64,000 nt of DNA. Source: Dehalococcoidia bacterium. Its GTDB lineage: Bacteria > Chloroflexota > Dehalococcoidia > Bin125. Positions 38,497 to 47,419 of this stretch are shown in pieces (the first letter of the stretch is position 1; each line of letters starts with the position of its first letter). Below the pieces are notes generated by a model. The model was not told where the DNA came from, ran no database searches, and saw only the letters and a program-made list of their open reading frames with translations. The stretch lies in the NCBI GenBank assembly GCA_963555985.3, contig OY820591.1, forward strand, positions 2,720,001 to 2,784,000. Reading direction: 5' to 3'. Both the position numbers and the translations under genes were made by a program.

Positions 38497-38662
38497 CGCA
38501 AGGGGGGGAGCGATGCATAACCCCTGAATTGCTGCAATTCCGCCATTCCAACCCAACGAGACATCATCCATCCCGGTACGTTGGGGCCTCGGAGGAGCGG
38601 AGCGCGCGATGTGAGGTCGGTGGTACGACCAAATTGGGAGTGGTTTCACACTTGGTTGCTTC

Positions 38663-38790
38663 GAGATTCCCGCCCCCTGTTCAGGCCAGGAGCAGGCTGC
38701 GCGGGAATGACGGAAGGAGGCGCGGGAATGACGGAATTTGGGATTACGCGCAGGTCTCCGCAAGGGGGGGAGAGAGGAGCGGGAATGACG
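38663..38790. repeat. REP cluster with element right end
   Basis: GCGGGAATGACG x3 and ATTACGCGCAGGTCTCCGCAAGGGGGGG, identical to 38481-38508. Confidence 0.8.
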
Positions 38791-38809
38791 CAGGGCGGGA
38801 ATGGGGGAC

Positions 38810-39748
38810 TCAATTGAGCGCCTCCAGGAGGGCGTCTCGGGCCAGATTGATTGCCACCATTTGCTCGGTGTTTCCGCCTGCGTCGGGGTGGTGGGCTTTG
38901 GCTAAGCGCCGGTGGGCGGCGACGATCTCCGCTCGCGTTGCTCCGGCTTTGAGCGACAGGACTCGCCGATGCTCGGCGAGCGGGTCGGCGGCGCGCGCCG
39001 CTGCCTGGGCACGACGCCGACGCTCCGCTTCACGGGCGCGCTCCGAGCCTGCTTCCTGCTCCGCGCGGCGGCGGCGATCGGCTGCTCTGCGGCGCTCTTC
39101 CGCCGCTTTTGATTCGCGCTGACGCTTGGTCTCGTTGCGGCGACGGCGTTGCTCCGCTTCGCGGCGGCGTTGTTCGGTTTCGGCCCGGCGCTGGCGATCC
39201 TGCGCTGCTCGCTGGCGGCGGCGCTCTGCGCGGCGACGCTCCAGTTCGGCTTCTTGCCGCTGCTCCCGTTCGGAGGCGGCGCGCACCTTGCGTTCGATCG
39301 AATCGGCGCGGCGCAGTTCCTCGCGGACGGTCTCGTAGGCGCGGCGGAGTTCATCCAGTTGCCAGCGCTCCTGACCGGCCGCACGCCCGGCCCGGGCTTG
39401 GCGTTGGTAGGCCTCGTCGACCTCTGCTGCGGACGCGTCCGCGCTCACTCCGAGCAGACGCCGCTCGGCCGAGACCGAGTCATCCACCTCATTCGACGAC
39501 AAGGCGTCCCAGAAGCGCCGCGCCTGGGCGAAGGCCGCCTCGCGGTTACGCAGACCCCACTCGTGGCCTTCGCTTCGCTCGCGGCCAACTGCGCGATCCC
39601 ACCAGCCCGCGCCCCAACTCTGCGCGCCCTGCTGCACCCAGACTCCGGCGATCGGATCGCGCCACTGGACCCAGGTGGTGGGCGCGGTCTGGCGAAATCC
39701 CGCCGCCCAATCGGGCTCGGCCTTGGCCTGCGTCGCTGTGGTCGTCAT
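38810..39748 (-). CDS. J-domain protein with long coiled coil
   Basis: C-terminal RRLAKAHHPDAGG...INLARDAL; Arg/Glu/Gln-rich helix. Confidence 0.8.
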   Translation of the reverse strand: MTTTATQAKAEPDWAAGFRQTAPTTWVQWRDPIAGVWVQQGAQSWGAGWWDRAVGRERSEGHEWGLRNREAAFAQARRFWDALSSNEVDDSVSAERRLLGVSADASAAEVDEAYQRQARAGRAAGQERWQLDELRRAYETVREELRRADSIERKVRAASEREQRQEAELERRRAERRRQRAAQDRQRRAETEQRRREAEQRRRRNETKRQRESKAAEERRRAADRRRRAEQEAGSERAREAERRRRAQAAARAADPLAEHRRVLSLKAGATRAEIVAAHRRLAKAHHPDAGGNTEQMVAINLARDALLEALN

Positions 39749-39888
39749 CTCATCAGTCCACGAACTCCAGTACTGATAGATATCCTAACACCAGATCGGG
39801 GCGCGCGGCTAGAGCGGCTTGTTACGCTCACTCCCAACCCCCGCACCAGACCACTATCGCTCCCCATTCCCCACAGGAGACGATCCCG

Positions 39889-41145
39889 ATGCCTCGACGC
39901 GAACTCCCCGCCGGTGTCACTGTCCGCGCCGCCAACGCCGAAGAGATGGAAGACTTCCGTTTCGTGGCCAACATCGCGCTCGCCGAACACGGCAACCCGA
40001 TGCGCGATCCGGTCACCTTCCTCAATCCCGAGTGGTCGACCTGCGTCTTCGAGCAGGGCGCGCTGGTGACCACCTTTGGGGCTTGGCCGTTCTCGATGCG
40101 CTTCAACGGCGAACGCGCGCACGTCGCGGGGGTTACGGCGGTGGGCACGCTGCCGACCAAGCGGCGGCGCGGATATCTGCGTTTTGCGATGGAGGCTTCG
40201 CTGACAGAGCAGTACGAGCGGGGGCAATCGCTGGCGGCGCTTTACGCCTCTCAAGCGGCGATCTACCAGCGCTTCGGTTATGCCGTCTGCTCGCGGCGGC
40301 TGAGCTACGAGATCGATCCGCTCGATCTGCATTTCGTGCAGGCGCCGACGCCGCGCGGCGAACTGCGCGTCGTCAACGCTAAAGACCTGCCTGACGAGGC
40401 TCAGGTGATCCGCGATCTCTACCGCCAATTCGCGGAGCCGCGCAACGGCCTGCTGCATCGCGGGCTGACGCTCTGGCAGGCGGAAGTCTTGGACGAACCC
40501 GAGGACATCAGCGAGGGCCCGGTGCGCTGTCTGCTCTATGAAGAGGACGGCGAAGTGCTGGGGTACCTGATCTACACGAGCTGCGAAGACGGCAAGCTGA
40601 ACGCCTTCTCGGCCGGTCAGCGCGATCACCGCACCCAGGTGCGCGAGTACGGCTGGCTCACACCGGACGCCTACATCGCGATGTGGCAGTACCTCGCCGC
40701 CCAGGATCTGACCTGGCGGATCACGGTCAACGACGCGCCTTCCGACGATCCGCTCTTTCACCTCGCCCGCGACCCGCGCACGCTGCGCACCAAAGTGATG
40801 GACGGCATCCTCGTGCGGATCGTCGATCTGCCCCGAGCCCTGCAAATCCGCCGCTACCCGGTCGAGGCTGAACTGACTTTCCGCGTGCAGGACGATCTCT
40901 GCGAGTGGAACGAGGGTACCTGGAAGCTCTCGGCCGGCCCGGAAGGGGTCGATATCCGTCAGGTTGATGCGGAGCCGCAGTTGTCGATGGACGTGTTCAC
41001 GCTGGCGCATCTGGCGACGGGCGCGCTGCCGGCGAGCTACGCGCATCGGCTGGGGCGGATCGAGGCGGCGGATCGGTCGGCTCTGCAAACGGCCGATCAG
41101 CTGTTCAAGACCGAGTACGCGATGCACTGTCTGAACCACTTCTAG
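39889..41145 (+). CDS. Eis-like GNAT acetyltransferase with SCP2-like C-terminus
   Basis: VTAVGTLPTKRRRG, LYAS, IYQRFGY, VRIVDL; AGGAGA RBS. Confidence 0.9.
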   Translation: MPRRELPAGVTVRAANAEEMEDFRFVANIALAEHGNPMRDPVTFLNPEWSTCVFEQGALVTTFGAWPFSMRFNGERAHVAGVTAVGTLPTKRRRGYLRFAMEASLTEQYERGQSLAALYASQAAIYQRFGYAVCSRRLSYEIDPLDLHFVQAPTPRGELRVVNAKDLPDEAQVIRDLYRQFAEPRNGLLHRGLTLWQAEVLDEPEDISEGPVRCLLYEEDGEVLGYLIYTSCEDGKLNAFSAGQRDHRTQVREYGWLTPDAYIAMWQYLAAQDLTWRITVNDAPSDDPLFHLARDPRTLRTKVMDGILVRIVDLPRALQIRRYPVEAELTFRVQDDLCEWNEGTWKLSAGPEGVDIRQVDAEPQLSMDVFTLAHLATGALPASYAHRLGRIEAADRSALQTADQLFKTEYAMHCLNHF

Positions 41146-41238
41146 GGGCGGCTGTTGACGGGAGAACCAGCTGTCACGTCATGTACACGTCGAACGGCGC
41201 GCTCAGCGCGTCCGCTACCTTGTAGCTACCGGAGCGCC

Positions 41239-41943
41239 ATGTCCACTGATGCTCAGACCACGACGCCGACCCTCATCCGCTTCCGTTTGCCGGAACCGCC
41301 TGAGCGGAATCCAGATGAAGTGACCTCCTACCAATACGTGCATCTGACCGGCAACCCGCATTTCCTGGCGCAGCACTTCGCCAAGCCCGAGACGACGATC
41401 ATCGGCGCGGAACTCTTCCTAGTCGCCGCGCGCCGCTCGCGGCCTTTGCGCGTCCCTGACCTGCTGATCGCCTTCGACGTCGATCCTGAGCTGTACTACG
41501 AGCAGAACGGCTACGTGATCTCGGATCAGGGCAAGCCGCCCGACTTCATCCTCGAGGTCGCTTCGCCCAGCACGGCGACGGTCGACACGATCGATAAACG
41601 GCGCGATTACGCCAGCTTCGGCGTGCCCGAATACTGGCGGTTCGACCACACCGGAGCATCCCACGGGGCGCGGTTGGCGGGGGATCGGTTGGTCGGGGAT
41701 CGGTACGAGGCGATTGAGATCGTCGAACTCGCGCCTGATGTTCTGCAAGGCGAGAGTGAAGCGCTGAAGCTTTGGCTGCGCTGGGACCAGGGGCAGTTGG
41801 GCTGGATCGATCCTGCGACGGGCGAGCACATTCCCACCTTCGACTCCGAGCGTGAGGCGCGGATTGCGTCGGAGGAGGCGCGAGCGACGGCGGAGGCTCG
41901 GGTGCGGGAGTTGGAAGCGGAGCTGCGTCGCCGGGAACAATAG
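41239..41943 (+). CDS. Uma2 (DUF820) family endonuclease-fold protein
   Basis: VPDLLIAF, PPDFILEVASPST, KRRDYA, GVPEYWRFD. Confidence 0.92.
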   Translation: MSTDAQTTTPTLIRFRLPEPPERNPDEVTSYQYVHLTGNPHFLAQHFAKPETTIIGAELFLVAARRSRPLRVPDLLIAFDVDPELYYEQNGYVISDQGKPPDFILEVASPSTATVDTIDKRRDYASFGVPEYWRFDHTGASHGARLAGDRLVGDRYEAIEIVELAPDVLQGESEALKLWLRWDQGQLGWIDPATGEHIPTFDSEREARIASEEARATAEARVRELEAELRRREQ

Positions 41944-41952
41944 CGCTCAAGC

Positions 41953-42888
41953 TCAGACCGCCTCACCCAGCAGGTAGCGGCCTACGGCTTCCTCTAGGGC
42001 CGCGACCTCGGCTGAGTCCAGGTCTCGGTAGGGGGGGCGGGTGTGGGTGAGGGGCAGGCCGCTGGTGAAGGAGACGAGTTGCTTGAGCGCTCCGACTCGG
42101 GGGAAGGCATTGAGGATGCCGTGGAGTTCGTTCAGCTGACGCTGCGGACGCTGCGGCTCGCCGCCTTCTCGGTGGGCGTACTGGATGGTCTTGACTAGGG
42201 CGGGGACGGCGTTCGCCATTCCCGAGACGCCGCCAATGCAACCCACCCCGTACAGATCCGCGTGCGCGCCGTCGAAGCCCGCCATTACTCGAAACTCTGA
42301 GCCGGGACCTTCCGCCGGCACCAAGTCCATGTAGCGCTGCGTCCGGACGGCGTCGCCGCCTGAGTCTTTGATTCCCATCAACTGATCGGGGTGCAGCTCC
42401 AATAATGCTCCCATCACCTCGTCGGGAATATCGATGCCGGCCTGTGCGGGCATGTTGTAGAGCAAGGCCTTGCCTTGCGGCGGCAGCGATTCGATCACGG
42501 TCGAGAACCAGTCCACCAGGCCGCGCGCATCGACGTTCTTGAAGAAGAAGGGCGGCAGTAGCGCGACTGCGTGCGCGCCTGCATCCAGCGCTTCGTTCGC
42601 TGCCCGCACGGTATCCGGCAGCGAGGGACAGGTCGCCCCGGCGACGACCGTTAGCTGGCTTGGCCCGACCCCTCGCGCGGCGGCGACCACCGCCTCGACG
42701 ACGGCTCGGCGCTCGTGCATCCCGACGGACGGACCCTCGCCGTTGGTTCCGAGGGTGAGAATGCCGGTGATCCCGAACGAGCGCAGCCAATCGACGTGTC
42801 CGGCGATCCATTCGGTGTCGACCTCGCGTCCGCCCGTCGTGAATGGCGTTACCTGTGCGGTCATCAATCCATCCAGAAACAGCGGCAT
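41953..42888 (-). CDS. Dihydrodipicolinate synthase family aldolase
   Basis: GTNGEG, LYNMP, GIKDSGGD. Confidence 0.9.
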   Translation of the reverse strand: MPLFLDGLMTAQVTPFTTGGREVDTEWIAGHVDWLRSFGITGILTLGTNGEGPSVGMHERRAVVEAVVAAARGVGPSQLTVVAGATCPSLPDTVRAANEALDAGAHAVALLPPFFFKNVDARGLVDWFSTVIESLPPQGKALLYNMPAQAGIDIPDEVMGALLELHPDQLMGIKDSGGDAVRTQRYMDLVPAEGPGSEFRVMAGFDGAHADLYGVGCIGGVSGMANAVPALVKTIQYAHREGGEPQRPQRQLNELHGILNAFPRVGALKQLVSFTSGLPLTHTRPPYRDLDSAEVAALEEAVGRYLLGEAV

Positions 42889-42948
42889 GGTTCACCCTCA
42901 ATCCAATCGCGCTCGTCTGCGCAGAGTACGCGCCGTAGGCTCAAGCTC

Positions 42949-44286
42949 GTGAGTTCCCCCCGCATCTACCTTTGCTCCGCGACGGGCGCGCTCACGACCG
43001 ACGCCGCGCCGGTCGGGGGCGGGGTGGCGGTGCTTGAGGCGCTGATTCCGCAGCTCGAAGCGGCCGGCTTCGAGCTCACGCTGCTGACTCCGGGTCGCAG
43101 CGAGCAACGCGCGGGCATTCGCCAAACGCTTGCTGTGCCGACTCTCACCGAGGCCGACCCTGAACGGATTTTGCGGCTCAACGCGCGCGAGTATGCACGC
43201 TTCGCGCTCGAGTGGGAGGCGGCGCTTGAGCGTTACTTCGCGGACGTGAACCCAGATGGCGCGGTCGTGCTCGCCAACGACACGTCGGAAGGCCCGCCGT
43301 TCGCGGCGCTGCATCAGCGCGGATTTCGGCAGATCGCGCTGCTGCACGTGATCGTGGCCGACTTCTTCACGCGCCGCTATCTGAGCCAACCAACCGGACT
43401 CCCGATCCAGGCGCGGCACCTGGCCGCGCTCTGGCGGCTGGCGGAGCGCAGCGGGATGAGCCGCCATGCGCCTGAGATTGCACGGCTCGTCTGGGCCAAG
43501 GAGAGCGAGCTTGCGCAGTATGTCGATGTCTCGATCGTGCCGTCCGCTCCGCTGGCGCGCACGATCTCCGACTGCTACCCGCAGACCGGCGTTGAGCAGC
43601 GCGTTCAGGTCTTGCCCTGGGGCGTGATCGGAGCAGCGCAGCCGAGCCGACGCCAACAGCGGCGCGCCGTGCTGCGCGAGCTCGATGTGGATGTCAACCG
43701 CTTCACCCTGCTCACACTCAGCCGCATCTCTCCGGAGAAGCGGATCGAACTGGCGCTGGACGCGCTCGAACTGATCGAGCGGGAATCTCCGGTCACGGCC
43801 CAGCAGATTCAGCTGATCGTGGCCGGCGCTCCCGCCTACATGGGCGGTCACGCCTATAGCCGCCAACTGCAACAACGCGCACGCCGCCTCCGCGCCATCC
43901 CCGTCCACTTCGCCGGCTATGTCGCCGACGAGGCCAAGTGGAACCTCTTCACCGCCGCCGACACGTTTCTCTCGCCGTCCTGGTACGAGGCTTACGGGCT
44001 GACGATCGCGCAAGCGCTGGGCAGCGGGACGCCCGTGATCGCGGCTCCGCACGCGGGCGCACGGGCCACGATTGAGTCTGATTGCGGCTGGATTGTCGAA
44101 GCGACGCCGCGCGCGTTCGCGGCTGCGATCCGGCGCGCCTTCCACGCACAGGAGACGCGCCAGCTCGAGCGCTTCCGCAATGCAGCTGCGGCATGGGGAA
44201 CGCGCCATCCATTCAGCGATGCGGCCGAGCGCATCATTGCGATCGCGCGTACTCTCAGCAGCGGAACCAGAGGAGCAAGCGCATGA
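42949..44286 (+). CDS. Glycosyltransferase family 4
   Basis: SRISPEKR, PSWYEAYGLTIAQALGSGTPV. Confidence 0.85.
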   Translation: MSSPRIYLCSATGALTTDAAPVGGGVAVLEALIPQLEAAGFELTLLTPGRSEQRAGIRQTLAVPTLTEADPERILRLNAREYARFALEWEAALERYFADVNPDGAVVLANDTSEGPPFAALHQRGFRQIALLHVIVADFFTRRYLSQPTGLPIQARHLAALWRLAERSGMSRHAPEIARLVWAKESELAQYVDVSIVPSAPLARTISDCYPQTGVEQRVQVLPWGVIGAAQPSRRQQRRAVLRELDVDVNRFTLLTLSRISPEKRIELALDALELIERESPVTAQQIQLIVAGAPAYMGGHAYSRQLQQRARRLRAIPVHFAGYVADEAKWNLFTAADTFLSPSWYEAYGLTIAQALGSGTPVIAAPHAGARATIESDCGWIVEATPRAFAAAIRRAFHAQETRQLERFRNAAAAWGTRHPFSDAAERIIAIARTLSSGTRGASA

Positions 44287-44927
44287 GCCAACAGGCCGTC
44301 CTCTTCGATTTCGGCGGCGTTCTGATCCGGATGGACTGGGACGGCTACGACACTTTCGGCAAGCGTTGGAACCTGCCTCCGGGCGCGCTGATCGACGCCT
44401 TCTACCGAACGCCCGAGTGGCACGCGATTGAGACCGGGCGGGGCAATTGGGAGACCTGGCAACGAGGGGTCGAGCAGCGCCTGGCCCCGTATCTCAGCGG
44501 GGATCCGCACACCGAAGTCAACGCGCTGCTCGAGGCCTGGTACGCGCAGCCGTGGCAGTATCACCACCCCAACTTCGAGCTCGCCCAGGAACTGCAAGAG
44601 GCCGGCTACCTGATTGGGGTGCTCTCCAACGCCCCGGACGATCTGCGCGAGCGGTTTCTGAGTAATCTCCCGGTTGAGATTGACTGGGACGCGATCATCG
44701 TCTCGGGCGAGATAGGTCTGCGCAAACCGGATCCGGAGATTTTCGAGTATGCGGCGAAGGAGATCGGTCTGCCGCCGGAGCAGTGCTTCTTCATTGATGA
44801 TCTTGAGGAGAACGTGGTTGGCGCTCAGGCTGTGGGGATGCGTGGGTACCACTTCACTCGGAACAACTACAAAGCGCTCAGGATCGCATTGCGAACCGCC
44901 GGCATTGACCTACGAATCCGGCCTTGA
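44283..44927 (+). CDS. HAD family phosphatase
   Basis: FDFGGV, LSN, KPDPEIF, IDDLEENV. Confidence 0.92.
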   Translation: MSQQAVLFDFGGVLIRMDWDGYDTFGKRWNLPPGALIDAFYRTPEWHAIETGRGNWETWQRGVEQRLAPYLSGDPHTEVNALLEAWYAQPWQYHHPNFELAQELQEAGYLIGVLSNAPDDLRERFLSNLPVEIDWDAIIVSGEIGLRKPDPEIFEYAAKEIGLPPEQCFFIDDLEENVVGAQAVGMRGYHFTRNNYKALRIALRTAGIDLRIRP

Positions 44928-45218
44928 TCGCCGTGGAAGCAGATCGTCATACGCGACCTGCCGGCGCCTGATTCGCGTCACCACGATCAGCCGCTGGTCT
45001 GGAAACGCGCGATAGACAATTCGCCATCGACCGAGGATGTAGGTCCAGAGATCGTCGTACTGGTCCAACTGCTTCGACGCGGTCTGGTTGGGGCCGCGCT
45101 CGAGTAGCCGCAAGACCTTCTTTACGTCGCCGCGCGTCTTCGGACTCAGCCTCCGGAAGTCGGCTTCCGCGGTTTCGTCGCGTCTGATGGTCCAACGCAG
45201 ACCGAGCGGGATGCTCAC
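44910..45218 (-). CDS. RelE/ParE-like toxin
   Basis: ~100 aa, basic; AEADFRRL, KQL, GRWRIVY, VTRIRRRQVAY; GTG overlaps the upstream stop. Confidence 0.8.
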   Translation of the reverse strand: MSIPLGLRWTIRRDETAEADFRRLSPKTRGDVKKVLRLLERGPNQTASKQLDQYDDLWTYILGRWRIVYRAFPDQRLIVVTRIRRRQVAYDDLLPRRSRPDS

Positions 45219-45703
45219 TTGATCTCGACGTCAGTCAAGAAGAAGTCCCATGCTTCGGGAAACTCCCGCTTGAGTTGGTCGAAGAAGCGTTTGCCAACCT
45301 CCGACTTCGGATCTACGACGGACACCCACTCGTAGCCGTCCGGGAAGCGTTCGTCCAGTTTGCGGAAGAGCTCGACATCCTCCGGGTAGAGGCGATCCAG
45401 ATCATCTAACCAGTCACCCGGCAAGACGCGCACTTGCTCATCTTCTGGCGGCTCGTACTTGGGCCGCTTCGGACGCTCCGATGGACGACCGTTATAGAGC
45501 TTGACCACGCCCTCTTTTTCCTCCGGCCAGATTGGGTCTTCCGGCTCCCTCACCCAAGTCAGCTCTTCGGGCATGCCCCAGGCGATGGCTTGCTCAATGT
45601 GGCGCTCACGCCACCACAGCAGCGACTCGGCGTAGGTCATGTCCAGCTGTTCCGCTTGCGCCGTCAGCTCTGCCCGTGTCGGCAATCGTTCCTCTGTGAC
45701 CAT
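45215..45703 (-). CDS. Putative antitoxin, unrecognised family (B)
   Basis: Acidic, coupled to the RelE-like gene; C-half homologous to 45976-46458. Confidence 0.65.
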   Translation of the reverse strand: MVTEERLPTRAELTAQAEQLDMTYAESLLWWRERHIEQAIAWGMPEELTWVREPEDPIWPEEKEGVVKLYNGRPSERPKRPKYEPPEDEQVRVLPGDWLDDLDRLYPEDVELFRKLDERFPDGYEWVSVVDPKSEVGKRFFDQLKREFPEAWDFFLTDVEIK

Positions 45704-45730
45704 CGTCAACCCCTTCTCCTCCAATCCTAC

Positions 45731-45976
45731 TCAGTTTCGACCTCGCGGCGATCGCGCAGGATCGTGTGGAAGACGGCTGCGAATAGCGCTTCCAGCGCCA
45801 ACCCGGTAGACGCCTGGATAATCCTGTAGCTCCTTGTGTTCCGCCGCCTTCGGCCCTTCAGCAAGCGACTTGAGCGCTGCCTTCACGTCGCGTTTGCGTT
45901 TGGCCGAGAGCGCCCGATATTCCTCGTCGGCCTCATCGCTCCGATAGACGATCCAGCGTGGACGGCCTAGGACCAT
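45731..45976 (-). pseudogene. Truncated RelE/ParE-like toxin fused to an aquaporin 3' remnant
   Basis: ADEEYRALS...KELQDYPGVYRVG, then out-of-frame aquaporin tail. Confidence 0.7.
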
Positions 45977-46458
45977 CAGCAATCATCTTCGTCGTAGAGG
46001 AAGAAATCAGCCGCCTCGGGACGCTCATCGCGGAGTTCACTGAAGAACTTCGCGCCGCCTGGCGACGCCGGATCTAACCAGCGCACCCAGTCCCAACCCA
46101 TCGGAAAGCGAGCTTGCAGCCACTTCAGGAACTCGACATCTTCCGGATGGTCATCGTCGTCGAACATCGACCAGTCGCCGTCGAGAATGGGAAGCGGTTC
46201 TACTGTGCCGGCCGCGGCCGCGCGCATCGCCTCTACCTCTTCTGCGGTCGGATCGGGGTCGACAATGTCGACGTCGAACTCGTACTCGGGTGGAACGAGA
46301 CATGCCGTGAGTTGCCCGTATCCCCCAGCCTGAGCCTGCGCGACCAACTGCTTTCGCCTGTACTCGACGAACGCCGCGCGCCACTGCACCTGCGACTCGC
46401 TCGGCTTCCACCAATCCACCCAGTCCGCCGGGATGAGTTCGCGCCCATCGTCAGCCAT
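45976..46458 (-). CDS. Putative antitoxin, unrecognised family (A)
   Basis: Acidic; TGATG coupling to the toxin; shares GDW..PEDVE..RFP.G..WV..DP.S..G..FF..PEA.DFFL with B. Confidence 0.65.
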   Translation of the reverse strand: MADDGRELIPADWVDWWKPSESQVQWRAAFVEYRRKQLVAQAQAGGYGQLTACLVPPEYEFDVDIVDPDPTAEEVEAMRAAAAGTVEPLPILDGDWSMFDDDDHPEDVEFLKWLQARFPMGWDWVRWLDPASPGGAKFFSELRDERPEAADFFLYDEDDC

Positions 46459-46484
46459 CGCTAGCTCTCCCTTTTCTCCCAATC

Positions 46485-47249
46485 CTACTCAGTTTCGACC
46501 TCTCTCCGCTCCCGCAGGATCGTGTGGAAGACGGCTGCGAACAGCGCCCCCAGCGCCGGTGCGAGCCAGTAGACCCAGTGATCGGCCCAATGCCAGCCCA
46601 GGGCTGCCGGACCGAATGATCGGGCCGGATTCATGGACGCGCCGCTCACGTCGCCGCCCATTGAGACGGCGGCGGCGATGTATAGCCCCACTGCGATCGC
46701 GAAGACGGGCGCGCGATGGCGGCGCTCGGCGAGGAGCAGGATTGCGTAGACGAGGAAGAAGGTGAGCACGATCTCCAGGCCGATTGTTTGCCAGAGCGGG
46801 CCGCCGGGGCGGGTTGCTCCGAGCCATGAGAAGCCCTCTCCGGTGTGGTTGCGGAACAGTCCGTGCAGCACCGATCCCGCAATCAGCGCCCCGGCGATCT
46901 GCGCCGCGATGTAGGGAATTAGCCGCCGACCCTCAAGCCGTCCGGTGAGCCAGAGACCCAGCGAGACCGCCGGATTCAGGTGCGCGCCGGAGATCGCCCA
47001 GAACGCGAAGATCATCACCGCGACACCGGCGCCGTTGATTAGCCCCACGCCCAGCATGCCCAGGTTGCCGTCGGCCCACCAGTTGACGTGACCCGAACCA
47101 GCGCAGAACAGCACCAGTCCGAACGTGCCCAGCACCTCCGCCATCAGCACTCGCGCCTCCTGCGGCAGGCGCTCCGTGTCGAGACCCACGCGCTCCAGCA
47201 ATCCCTCGAGCGGGCTGAGCGGTCCCGTGATCGCCTCGCGTGCGCTCAT
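46485..47249 (-). CDS. Aquaporin (MIP family)
   Basis: SGAHLNPAV and SGASMNPARSFGP. Confidence 0.95.
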   Translation of the reverse strand: MSAREAITGPLSPLEGLLERVGLDTERLPQEARVLMAEVLGTFGLVLFCAGSGHVNWWADGNLGMLGVGLINGAGVAVMIFAFWAISGAHLNPAVSLGLWLTGRLEGRRLIPYIAAQIAGALIAGSVLHGLFRNHTGEGFSWLGATRPGGPLWQTIGLEIVLTFFLVYAILLLAERRHRAPVFAIAVGLYIAAAVSMGGDVSGASMNPARSFGPAALGWHWADHWVYWLAPALGALFAAVFHTILRERREVETE

Positions 47250-47313
47250 GCATCACCTCGGTTCATCCACGTGATCGCCTCGCGTGCGCTCATGCATCAC
47301 CTCGGTTCATCCA
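47226..47313. repeat. Perfect 44-bp tandem duplication covering the aquaporin RBS and start codon
   Basis: cgtgatcgcctcgcgtgcgctcatgcatcacctcggttcatcca x2. Confidence 0.95.
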
Positions 47314-47419
47314 GTCGCGACAAGCGCCGCTCAGGATATGAACAGCCCTCGCCAACGTCGGTTGACACGCTGTTAAGGTTGATTCCGCCGCCATCCCCGG
47401 CTCCGACGGGAGTTCTCTC

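Noticed and set aside
38270-38810. CRISPR array or integron attC array
   Set aside because: Repeats are irregularly spaced palindromes of mixed families with no constant spacers; no cas or intI genes in the window.
41239-41943. Uma2 protein as the restriction partner of the MTases
   Set aside because: It is unlinked to any MTase, and Uma2 genes are commonly solitary.
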